From Macrostomum lignano (lineage: Eukaryota), in the NCBI GenBank assembly GCA_002269645.1, contig NIVC01003947.1, positions 4,300 through 68,299 on the forward strand: a DNA stretch of 64,000 bases, written 5' to 3'. The position numbers and the translations under genes are program-made. This document shows positions 26,934-37,000 of the stretch, piece by piece (within the stretch, counting starts at the first letter, position 1; each line of letters starts with the position of its first letter). The notes beneath the pieces were generated by a model that did not search any database, was not told the origin of the DNA, and saw only the letters and a program-made list of their open reading frames with translations.

Positions 26934-29808
26934 TTATATTTGTACTGCCTTTATCAACTCCCTTGATCTTAACACACTCCCTGAAACTGTAGTGAAAGCA
27001 TACTCCTTTGACCGCAGGAATACAGCTTCGGAAATTATTGAGCCATTCATTTCATCTTTCAACTTTCCAATGACTTTCTTGTTCGTCTCGGAGTATAGTG
27101 GATGCTCTGTTGGATAATCCGATGTGTCTAAGTGTTCTTTAATTTTTTCAAGATCCTCATAAACATCCTGAGTAATCACTGAGAATATTAGCGAATCACA
27201 ATCAGAATAGTGCAATTGACAGCTGTTCCAATTCTTCTCAATAACATTGTAATAGCAATCGTACATTAGCATTTTTGCATAATCCAGAATAGCCATTCCT
27301 AAATAAATTGGCTTGTCACACGCAATTGTCTTTTTGTACATTTGGACACCAACTGCATCCTCACTAAACATAATGAAATCTTTGAAATTTGGTTTAGAAA
27401 AATAACGCCTTGCAGTTTTTTCTTCAGCTACAAGATGAAAGTTCGACCTATTCTTTACATTTTCGATTGTTTTACCGTAGAATGAGTTGTTTAGTAGTTT
27501 CCACAGGTCTTTCTCAAATTTAGTTTTTGCTTCCATTCTCCGCCTGGTATTAAATTCGATGTATTTACTCAACCAGTTTGATTCTTTGAATGAAATAATT
27601 CTATGAACTCTCATAACTCGCATGCCCATCTTCTCATAAAACTCAAGTAGTCTGTGATGTAAAACATATTTCTCCTTGTTGTAAAATGTCAACATCAACT
27701 TGGATTGAACAAACTTTTTCTTTTCGACTTCGATATTGCTTCTGTATGTCAGATAAATCCTCAAATCTAGTTGTTCGTTTCTCAGGAGCCAGTGGATATT
27801 TACTTGTAGCTTTCTTACATTCCTCTGTATATTCAAGGTCAACTTCAAGAAAACAACCCCTGCCATTAGGAATATTCTTGTGATACTCTAGATCATTTTC
27901 AAACTTGAAATCTCCCACAGGTAGATTTTTCATCATTGCTTCACCATATAAATTATTCTTGTCCAAGTATAGCATGTACGACGATTCAGAATTGCTGTCA
28001 TAATTTCTAAATACTTGTTATTCATTTTTTTATATCGATCTCCAAGAACTCCAGAGAAACCGCCGCGAATACCACTTTCTACCATGGATATCATTTCTTT
28101 ATCACCAAGTAATTCCAATTCCACATTAGTATATTTCAACCCACATGCCCACGATAATCCAGAAAGGGAAAAGCAATACGCAGGATCTATCTTGAAATAT
28201 TTCAAAAATGTTGATCGAAACTTCTCAAAAGCATTGACAAATGAGTAAATCTTTCTAATTACTGCTGTTGTATCACTGGGTGGCAAATATTTTATTTCTT
28301 CTTCAGAGAGTGTAAATGGTGGTTCCAAAAACCTAGATCCATCTAAAAACACAACACCACTGGTATAATTCCCCAACTTAATTGCAACATGGTCTTCCGA
28401 TGTTTTAGAAATAAAATCCAATATATATTTTTTATTATTCATTCGTGTTAATGGAGCTATCAAATAGTTTAGATCTTTTCCAGATTCATTCAGAGAAACA
28501 ACGGTACTGTTTGATTCGCCTTGCCCTCCTTGGTATTACATGATTGACATGCTGCGCCGCGATATTTACCATTGTAGTGATTATGCTCTCGAATTTTTTT
28601 ACTATTACAAATGGCCTTGAGCAGAGAAAACATTGTTCTGCCGCTTTGTAATCAGTCTCTTCGACATCACTTAAACTTGGATGTTTATATCTATCCATTT
28701 CATTTTTTATATGCTCAAACTTTTTGATTACGGTTTCAACGAATGATTCCACTGTAGTATTTGAAATAATATCTGATTTTATAATGTCCTCATAGTCGGA
28801 ACTAGTAAAAAGTGTCCATTGTGATAGCTCTAGTGATTTATCATCCATCGTTACATAATCTAATATTGCATAAAACACAAATGGTTTTCTTACACTCATG
28901 TGGTAGTTTTTAAACTTTAATATCCTCTTATCAATCTTTGGAACTTCAATTGACACTTTGAAGTCAGTACAGATTGCTTTATGATTATCCAGTGCATCCT
29001 GGGAGTATTTAACTTGAAGACACTTTCGACAAAGAAAAACCCTGTTGTAATTTTGGGACGTGAGGAATAAACACAAGTCTGTTATTAAACAATAATGATT
29101 TTTGACAAGTAGTAAATCAATAACATTGGGGTTGTCGTAATCTTCTGTCAGACGAATAGAATATATTGACTCTTTAGTATTTATATCCCTTAATCCAAAC
29201 ACATTTATATGAAGACTGTTCAACTTTTCAATCTCAGAGATATCTCGAATGTCCACTGGAAATTTAACGTCTCCTAAGTTTATTTCATTTATATACTGTG
29301 TATACTTACCAACTCTATATCTATGTTCCTTCACAGGATGGAGCTTTGCTAAAATAGACCAGAGAAAGCACCTATTGTCTGTAGTGTTCTTAACATTTAC
29401 TAATGCGTTTGATTTAATTGGAATTGGAATATAAGTTCCTCCTTTCAACTGATTAATGCCAACAACTTTCAACACAATCTTTACTAACTTAACAAAATAA
29501 TATCCCGATCCCCTTTCATTAAAACTATCCTTCCATCCATCGAATTCATCCAGAACATCCTGAATTGTACTTTCTATACTAGTTTCCACTTGGAGAAGAT
29601 TTAACAAAGTTCGATACTTTGAATGATATTGGAACTCAATCCAACTGTCGGTAGTTCCTTTATAAAATTCTGCGACAAAGGAAATTCTGTATTTTATTGA
29701 ATCTCTAGCCATCAAATATTCGGAAAGAATTGGGGAGATTAAACCGCGAATTTCTTCAACGGAGTCGAGATCAAATTCATAAGAGGCCGCTGGTATTTTC
29801 CTTTCCAT
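26934..29808 (-). pseudogene. polB: Protein-primed family B DNA polymerase with EndoVII-like Zn module, 3 apparent frameshifts
   Basis: Motif A YLDKNNLYG, motif B KLLNNSFYGKT, motif C YSDCDS, KVIGKLKDE; N-terminal NNRCFLWSILA; CFLC...REHNHYNGKYRGAACQSCN read across a frameshift. Confidence 0.95.
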
Positions 29809-29832
29809 TTTTAAGAAAAAAATTAAACAGAC

Positions 29833-30572
29833 TCAAGCATAGGGGGGTGCACTTGGAGCATTTGATTGAAGATTGAGTGTTGCCGAGTACTCTTTTGGCT
29901 TATCAGCTAGACCCAATTTTTCTCTCAGATCTTTCTCCAGCAGTTCCTTTTTAATTTTTTCCTTCGCTGAATTACCAAGTCTACTCTCTTTGAGGATTTT
30001 ATCAACGACTTCCGAATGGTTAACTTCTTCAGGCGCAACACAGGCGTCTAACAATTGGTCTCTTTTCTCTCTGTATTCTGAATAAATTGCAGCAGCTGCT
30101 TGAACCTCTTCAAGAGTTAATCTATAATCATCAACTGCTTTTTGGGAGTAAATATACAATCTCTCTCTGTATTGATTTGCCAGATCTCTGAGAAAAATGT
30201 ATTTTGCCTTCTGCTTTTGGCAATGAATTTTCACAGTTGCAAACAACGACGTGGATTTTACAGCTTCAAAACCACTCATTGCCCCGATTACTACTCCAAT
30301 AACTAAGGGATTCAATGTCAGTATCGATGTTGCTATGCCAATTCCTGTAGCAGCCAAGAGACTTACATTTCCTGTCACAATGTTGATCCAATTTATCCTG
30401 CTACTTTGTCGTTTGTACTTTTTACCTTTTTGCTATAAATTGTAAGATCTTTAGTAATGCATTCAATACTGCCTTTGATTTCACCCTTTCTCTGATTGAA
30501 ATAGTCCCGCTCCCTCAAATCTGCTTCATGCAGCTCAACCACAGGATAGATGTGTTCATTTTTTTCATTCAT
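29833..30572 (-). CDS. Polinton membrane-associated coiled-coil protein (frameshift near 30420)
   Basis: TAAAAATG start at 30572 overlaps the fiber stop; KYKRQ..NIVTGNVSLLAATGIGIATSILTLNPLVIGVVIGAM hydrophobic segment. Confidence 0.6.
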
Positions 30573-30574
30573 TT

Positions 30575-31984
30575 TTATGTGGCGATTATGTCTAAAATCG
30601 GATAAAGTTGAAAGCCTGAAACTATAAGAACAGTTGATCCTTCAGTGGTTGAATTAATATGCACTCTATAAACAGAGAATTTTTCGGTGGAAGCTACTTC
30701 GAAATACTTCATCACTCCAGGAACTAAACCAGCGTTTTCGGTAGAAAAAATATTCTTAAAGTCTCTCTTGTTATTGCTTCCTTTCAGAATAAAAATTTTT
30801 GGTTGATTTTTTATAATTTCACTACCCACTGCTTTGGTTCCTTTCAACCCGAATTTCCAAATTCGAATGGACTCGGGAAGTTGTACTTCAATGTAAGAAT
30901 TGGGTTCATTCCTCGATGCCCATTCTGAATTAGATACTACATAACCCCAATTATCTGACGTTTCAAATGCTCCTGATGACGCTACATTGAAACCCCTTTC
31001 TCTATAGTTTTGACGTGTTGCTAGTGGGGGAATATATCCTGTATAAGATTTGAAACCTAGTCCCCGCCTTAGTCGCAGCTCCACTGATTCAAGTGCATTG
31101 TCTACGTATAGCTTTGGTACAGCTTGAAGTCTATCTATAGGCCACACTAAATCATTAACCACTGTTTGTCTCTCAAGTAATTCAACTTTTGTAAGCTTTA
31201 CGGAACCAGAAAAATTAAGAGAATAATGGAAATAATATGAGGGATTGGGTATTTTTTTCCTAAGATGTGCATTGCCTCTTCGTAGTTCAATGGGTGCACT
31301 TTGTTCAACAGGTGTCCAGTTTGTTCCATTTAGGCTCACACTAACAGACCAACCAGGCCACACCTCTCCTTCCAACTTTATCTCTACAACTTTCCTAGCT
31401 CTTTTCAGAAATTGAACTCGTATCCACTTGTCTGAGTCATCTACACTGCTCCATTCTGAAGCTGGGTTTGAATCTGCAACATGATATGCTGCTGAAGAGT
31501 TATGAGAAGCGGTCACTTTCATGTCAGGATGGGAAGCGTTTGAAGTCAGTAATGAAAGAATATTGACTAATTTCGAACTCTCTGTACCTCCCGCAGTACC
31601 TTGCCTTTCTGCTAACAAAGTGTCAATCTCAGTTTTAGAATACATCTTAGTGTCAATCTCAGTTTTAGAATACATCTTAGTGTCAATTTCGGTTTTAGAA
31701 TACATCTTAGTGTCAGTTTCGGTTTTTGTGTAGACATTGTTTACGCGCCCATGAGCATCGTCAATTAATTGTAGCATGGTGATATTCATTGCGTCACTAT
31801 CTTCCTTTGAATAAGAGTCTGAAACATTTCTCTTTGCTAACAATAAATTATCTATTTCCTCTCTCTTATATCCTTCATTTTCATTGATGTATCGATCATC
31901 AGCTAACGCTATTGTTATTCCAGGTGCTATATCATTTGAATTTGACGAGTAACCAAATTGATTGGCAGTATTCTTGTAACTCAT
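30575..31984 (-). CDS. Fiber/receptor-binding-like protein with YSKTEID repeats and two discoidin (F5/8 type C)-like domains
   Basis: Intact 469-aa ORF; 4x10-aa Y(T/S)KTE(T/I)DT(K/L)(M/L) repeats; two SEWxS...(W/Y)I(R/E)VQ..(K/W)..(E/G)..G beta-sandwich patterns. Confidence 0.65.
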   Translation of the reverse strand: MSYKNTANQFGYSSNSNDIAPGITIALADDRYINENEGYKREEIDNLLLAKRNVSDSYSKEDSDAMNITMLQLIDDAHGRVNNVYTKTETDTKMYSKTEIDTKMYSKTEIDTKMYSKTEIDTLLAERQGTAGGTESSKLVNILSLLTSNASHPDMKVTASHNSSAAYHVADSNPASEWSSVDDSDKWIRVQFLKRARKVVEIKLEGEVWPGWSVSVSLNGTNWTPVEQSAPIELRRGNAHLRKKIPNPSYYFHYSLNFSGSVKLTKVELLERQTVVNDLVWPIDRLQAVPKLYVDNALESVELRLRRGLGFKSYTGYIPPLATRQNYRERGFNVASSGAFETSDNWGYVVSNSEWASRNEPNSYIEVQLPESIRIWKFGLKGTKAVGSEIIKNQPKIFILKGSNNKRDFKNIFSTENAGLVPGVMKYFEVASTEKFSVYRVHINSTTEGSTVLIVSGFQLYPILDIIAT

Positions 31985-32412
31985 TTTAATTGCTGCAAAA
32001 TTTCATTATAGCTATCTCCTTTATCGATTCGGTGTAAAAAGTACAGCGACATTTGACCACAAAATTTCTTATCAAAAGTTTGAATTTGTTCTTCCATGTC
32101 TCCACATATTCTATTCTTTGTGTGATTAAACTTTTCCATAATTTCCAGTGTGGGCGGTAGTGCATAGGAATCAAAAAAATAAACCTTATCAGGAGCTGAA
32201 AATATAGCTGAATGATGTATACCCCGTTCTTTCGAAGTGTGAATATTTGTCATAAAGTAACCATACTGTGGTAAATCAACAATTTCATCTCTCATGGCAT
32301 AGCGAAATGGTTTTAACTTGAGATATTTTGCCCAATTTATCAGATCAATATTAGTCGTAGTGTCAGTCCCAAACTTTTGTTTAAATGCATTCCATGTCTC
32401 AGCTTCGCTCAT
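31981..32412 (-). CDS. Adenain-like cysteine protease
   Basis: GIHH..YFFDSYALPP..QIQ..CGQ (H-D-Q-C); start placed at the TAAAAATG, 32412. Confidence 0.9.
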   Translation of the reverse strand: MSEAETWNAFKQKFGTDTTTNIDLINWAKYLKLKPFRYAMRDEIVDLPQYGYFMTNIHTSKERGIHHSAIFSAPDKVYFFDSYALPPTLEIMEKFNHTKNRICGDMEEQIQTFDKKFCGQMSLYFLHRIDKGDSYNEILQQLK

Positions 32413-32421
32413 TTTTAACAC

Positions 32422-33213
32422 TCATATTTGTCGTACGTGTAGATTTATAAATATTTCCTCGCCATCAAAGTCGTATAGAACACCAGACTCATCTTCGATG
32501 ACAAAGTCGAATGTGCTCAACATGTTTGTAGTTAGTGGTAGGTACACAGGATTTGCAGGCTCTTGAATAATTTTACTTCCCATTGGGACAGAGAACGATG
32601 GAATTGAAAGAAGTATTTGCTTATCAATTAAATGATTTCCATTGGCTGGATCAGTGATAAAACCCCCTTTGATATTGAGACAACGAACCATGATCGCACT
32701 TCTAGCTCCGTCTATCCGAGCTGGATTTGGAGCTCTCTCAAATGGTTTCAAATACACTTCCGAATTGAATCCCAACAGTCTTCTAAAGTTATTGGAATGT
32801 GCATCCCTGAAATCAACTTGATACTCTGTGGCTAACCGTAACTCAACTCTACGCGTGTCTAGGCTTGCACTGAAGACAATAGCTCCCTCTTTCCAATCAT
32901 TTGCAGCTGTTAGCAATCTTTGAATCTCACTTGACAGACTTTTAACTTCCCAAGATCCTGCTTGAATCTTTATTTTCTTCCATGTTCTACCACTATCCCT
33001 CGAGTATCGCAACTCATTATTGCCTCCTTCAATATTGTTAATAGCATCAAAGACTGCAAACTTTTTTATACCAGCTTCGTATTCTCGATCTTCATACAAA
33101 TTTATAGGAGTGCCTAGAGTTTGTCGAAATGGGTTTTTAATTGAAAAGAAGTCAAATGTGCGTTGAAACTTTTTACTCAAGAGGATGTTGACTTTTTCTA
33201 TTTCTTTTTCCAT
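32422..33213 (-). CDS. Minor capsid protein (penton)
   Basis: Intact 263 aa with the typical Polinton mCP pattern (NNELRY, I.AGSWEV, RRLLGF, IIQEPANPVYLPL, IEDESG..YDFDGE); lies next to the protease. Confidence 0.85.
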   Translation of the reverse strand: MEKEIEKVNILLSKKFQRTFDFFSIKNPFRQTLGTPINLYEDREYEAGIKKFAVFDAINNIEGGNNELRYSRDSGRTWKKIKIQAGSWEVKSLSSEIQRLLTAANDWKEGAIVFSASLDTRRVELRLATEYQVDFRDAHSNNFRRLLGFNSEVYLKPFERAPNPARIDGARSAIMVRCLNIKGGFITDPANGNHLIDKQILLSIPSFSVPMGSKIIQEPANPVYLPLTTNMLSTFDFVIEDESGVLYDFDGEEIFINLHVRQI

Positions 33214-33215
33214 TT

Positions 33216-33945
33216 TTAAGCAAGTAATTCTGCTAGCTCTTTATCAACATTGTTATGTCCCTCTGCTTTTGCGGCTAGTAATGTCAACACTCTTTCACTG
33301 AGTCCAGATCCCGGTTTTACTCGATATCCTGGTGGATTATCTTTCAATATCCTTACTGCTTGCTTATAATTCCCACTTGATTTGGCCGCTGGATTTTTAC
33401 AGTGTTCAATGAGGTTAACATAATCCTGCAATGTTTGCATCTTGAATTGCTTCAGCTCTTCACCATTTTCAGTTACTTTAGGCATTTTGAACAACTCTTC
33501 AAGATCTTCAGAAAATGGCATTCGAATTCGTTGACAATGATGTCTCGACCTTGTTCATGGAATTCAACATCTATTACAGATGATCCAAATATATATCCAG
33601 CATCAGTTTTTTGAATCCGTATACTAGGCGCTGGTCTTTGAGTTATTGGAATCTTTCCAATTTCTTCAATTATTTTGTCAAATACTTCCAGGGTTCAAAT
33701 CGTCCTTTTGGTGTACTTGATTGCGGAACTGGAACTTTTTGATTCTGAAGTTTATCAACAAGGTTGGCATTGACATCAATAAATTCATCGAGCTTTTCTG
33801 TGACAGGTTTTTGAGCTAATGGAGCCACTCTTGCATATAAACTCTCTTCTCCAATTTTCAAATAGCGTTGAGCATCATTTCTGGATTTGTACGTTTCTCG
33901 CTGCTTTGCTAAATTAATGAGTTCTCTTATATATTCATTAGTCAT
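33216..33945 (-). CDS. Conserved Polinton core-like protein (ORFs 33670-33945 and 33216-33521 joined across frameshifts)
   Basis: KPVTEKL N-terminal part, FSEDLEELF..P..Y...I central part and C-terminal GSGL motif resemble a common Polinton protein; TAAAAATG start. Confidence 0.55.
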
Positions 33946-33947
33946 TT

Positions 33948-34710
33948 TTACAATGGGATTTTAGTTAGAACATCCTTATACAAATCTTGCTCATCCTCAT
34001 CAGCTCTTGTATTTATATAGATATAGCCATACTTCTTTTTCCAAGCCTCTCTACATTTAGCCTTGATATAGCGTTTCGTTTCTATATTTCTAGCAATGTG
34101 ATTCAAGTTTGTATCTTTTTGTTTAAAGATTATGTAACATGTCGTATTCTCCCTGACAGTATTGCGATCTAGTTTGGTAAAATTTTGAGCTAGATAAAAA
34201 CCACAACAGTTTCCATGCCTGCCTCTCTGAAACAGACTTTCCTGAAATGTTTGATTAGCCTCTCCCAAAACATCGTCCAAATCACACATGTCTTTAGTCC
34301 ATTATGAAAAATTTCTTCATTTGGAGTATGGGAAAGAGTGACAGGAATTTTCTCTATTACTTCTGAATTTTCTGATGTGCTTTGCACTCGACCAGGGTTG
34401 GCTGCCTCTCGACAAATATGTCTAATATCTTCAGGAGATGCATCCTCACTCACCTGGTAGACATGATAGAGTGAGTTGATAAGAGAAGGTGGGAGACCAT
34501 TTTCAAAGCCATATTTAGAAACTGATACTCTGGATCCATTTGAGATGCTCTGGGAACATATAAAACTAACTCATTAAAGTCAACTAGTTTTTCAGGACTT
34601 GTAAGAATATGGAATAGTAAATATGTTTTACCCGTATTTGTAGCGCCGATAATACAACATAAAAGAGGATTAGGGAAAATAGGATCATGCTGAAATTTTA
34701 CTTTGGGCAT
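33948..34710 (-). pseudogene. A32/FtsK-like genome packaging ATPase, 2 apparent frameshifts
   Basis: Walker A GATNTGKT, Walker B ..LDD, RGRH, AQNF..L...VREN. Confidence 0.92.
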
Positions 34711-34731
34711 TTAAAAAAAGAAAAAATGACC

Positions 34732-36096
34732 TTATTCGACGCGGGTCATTTGATATTCACTGGTAACTTTTATTACATTCTTTGTTTGTTCAAGAATTAG
34801 TGCAAAAGCAGTCAGCTCAACATTTGTTGACTTCTTGATAAATAATTGAATATTCACTCCACTCTTGACCAGAAACTCATCTTGAGCTGTTAGATCAAAG
34901 CAAAAGATTGGATAGATGGTTAGAAAGTCTTGTTTATTGAATGGAGGAGTTACACCGAAACGGCTGCAGATGTCTTCGTACATTTCATACGCTCTGTGAA
35001 TGTCTTGAGCTACTGGATCAATTTCAACATAATCATTCGGATACATCACCTGATTTAATCTGACTTGAAGCTGGGTTATTTTCACTGCATTTGCTCCAGT
35101 TTTGTAAGACACATACTTGTGATCATTAACTATATATGATGGGTTGTTTACGTCATATTTGAAAGCTACAAAGATTGCAAGTGGCATATTGGAGATGTTG
35201 GCTATGTTCCATGTATATGGACTTCCTTGAATGAGTTGTGGTGGAACCGTTACCCTCTCTGGAAATGATACTGTAATGTCCTTGTTGAGTGATTTTAGAA
35301 AAGCTGCTTCAGCACTGGGTGACAAAGTAATAGCAGGGATCCAAATCTCAAAGCTATTAATAGTTAACTTAGCTTCCGTCCCGGCAGCTCCAAAGAAAAT
35401 TTCAGCATCGTTAGTCTTTCTTGTCCATGTGAATTTATATTTAATTCCTTTGCTAATCTTCTGCCAATCAAGGAACCCAATGAGAGGTGTTAATGATAGT
35501 TTGATTGTTCCACCTCTGTTTGGAGCATTAGTGACATTGTTATAATTTTCAAGCCTCCTAATGTATCCAGTATTCGAATCCTTCTTATTGAGTCTATTTT
35601 TCATAGCGATTGCTGCAGTTCTCACAGCTTCAGCATCTGCGTTGTTTGCTAGAGGTATATCAGAAACAGTCCCAGCATCTCCAGTGTCTGGAATCCATCC
35701 GTATGCTTCTCCAACTTCATTCATTAATTTTGAGTACATTACGGACTTTAAGATTGTGTCATACTCTCCAGGATCATTATAGACTTTCTTTGTTCCTCCA
35801 ATGTCAACTATGAGTTGAGAGAAAAGTCTCATAGGCCAATTATGTTCTAGAGTAATGTTCGTATTCAAGTCGGTGTTATCTCGTTGTGTTATTGAGTATT
35901 TTATACAACCGAATGCCTCTGACATGAGAATGTATGACTCTGTTGAATTGACTTCATGAACTATTTGACCTCCTGCAACATTGAGATTATTAGTGCTACC
36001 TGGAGTTGGAGAAATCTTAATATAGTCTTCTTTCTTTTTGAAAAAGCTAAAAGTTTTGTCCTCATATATGCTCAGTATATCCTTTTTGTTCTCCAT
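34732..36096 (-). CDS. Double jelly-roll major capsid protein (hexon-like)
   Basis: Intact 454-aa beta-rich ORF (LEHNWPMRLFSQ, LQVRLNQVMYP, YPIFCFDLT) located beside the ATPase. Confidence 0.88.
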   Translation of the reverse strand: MENKKDILSIYEDKTFSFFKKKEDYIKISPTPGSTNNLNVAGGQIVHEVNSTESYILMSEAFGCIKYSITQRDNTDLNTNITLEHNWPMRLFSQLIVDIGGTKKVYNDPGEYDTILKSVMYSKLMNEVGEAYGWIPDTGDAGTVSDIPLANNADAEAVRTAAIAMKNRLNKKDSNTGYIRRLENYNNVTNAPNRGGTIKLSLTPLIGFLDWQKISKGIKYKFTWTRKTNDAEIFFGAAGTEAKLTINSFEIWIPAITLSPSAEAAFLKSLNKDITVSFPERVTVPPQLIQGSPYTWNIANISNMPLAIFVAFKYDVNNPSYIVNDHKYVSYKTGANAVKITQLQVRLNQVMYPNDYVEIDPVAQDIHRAYEMYEDICSRFGVTPPFNKQDFLTIYPIFCFDLTAQDEFLVKSGVNIQLFIKKSTNVELTAFALILEQTKNVIKVTSEYQMTRVE

Positions 36097-36116
36097 TTTT
36101 ATAAGAGAAATTTCAA

Positions 36117-36569
36117 CTAAGCTTCATGAGGTCTAAGAATTATCCCATTACCCTGTTTCTCCTTTTCAACTTTAAAAGTCTTTAGCAGCCACTTGACTGC
36201 TTCGCTGGGTACTTGTTCGACTCTTTTAGCCGCATCAACTAATACTCCACTCCCTTGAGCCTTTTTCAACTCTTCTAGTTTTTGCCGTTCAATGCTTTCT
36301 ATTGTCTTATTATGTTTAGCATTGTTGGCTGTATTAACACTTTTTGCAATCATTGTACCAACTCCTGAGGCTGCTCCGATACCACCCAAAATTGCTGGTA
36401 GTAAGCCTAATAGAGGAATTATTCCACCTTCATGTTCTTTCTGTTTCTCTTGCAATTCTCGAATCTTCTCTTTAGAAAGATATTGCTTTTGCTTATTTAC
36501 AGTAACATATCTTGGTTTTCCCTCTCGAACATATCGATTGAGTCTTGCTTCAGTGTTTTTCTCGCTCAT
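36117..36569 (-). CDS. Adenovirus pX-like membrane-active virion protein
   Basis: EGGIIPLLGLLPAILGGIGAASGVG resembles the adenoviral pX C-terminal GGFLPALIPIIAAAI segment; basic N-terminus; GSG and GNG motifs. Confidence 0.65.
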   Translation of the reverse strand: MSEKNTEARLNRYVREGKPRYVTVNKQKQYLSKEKIRELQEKQKEHEGGIIPLLGLLPAILGGIGAASGVGTMIAKSVNTANNAKHNKTIESIERQKLEELKKAQGSGVLVDAAKRVEQVPSEAVKWLLKTFKVEKEKQGNGIILRPHEA

Positions 36570-36577
36570 TTTTAAGG

Positions 36578-37000
36578 TCAGAATTTCTTCAAACCATTGC
36601 CTTGTCTCAAAGACACTTGAGACTGTTCTGCTGTTCCTAGAGCCTTTTTAACAATATCTTGAATAGCCTTATTTGATTGAGAAGCTATCTGTTGCTCTTC
36701 TTCCATTCTTTTCTTTGCTTCTTTATCTCTACGTTTCTTTTTAATATATTCCAGTTCCTCACCTGCTTTAGACATGTCACTGTATGATTTCTTCGCATCG
36801 AATATGTTCTTCGCTGTGGTAGCTGTTTTACCTATTGCATCAGCTCCACTCACAATTTTACTTCCATGATTTGATAAAAAGTTTGTGACACCACTGATCA
36901 TATCACCAATTCCTTCACCCTCTTTATCAGCTAGTAGTTGTGAATCAGACGTTTCAATCTGACCTTTCGCCCGTTTGCAGTTTGTTCGATAGGCGCTCAT
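36578..37000 (-). CDS. Small virion protein with an amphipathic helix (pVI-like)
   Basis: Start at CTAAAAATG (37000); GEGIGDMISGVTNFLSNHG amphipathic segment; C-terminal QGNGLKKF. Confidence 0.55.
   Translation of the reverse strand: MSAYRTNCKRAKGQIETSDSQLLADKEGEGIGDMISGVTNFLSNHGSKIVSGADAIGKTATTAKNIFDAKKSYSDMSKAGEELEYIKKKRRDKEAKKRMEEEQQIASQSNKAIQDIVKKALGTAEQSQVSLRQGNGLKKF

Noticed and set aside
24391-36651. Opposite-strand ORFs within the Polinton (e.g. 25342, 26157, 29873, 35231, 36292)
   Set aside because: Antisense shadows of well-supported genes, with no motifs and no TAAAAATG start.
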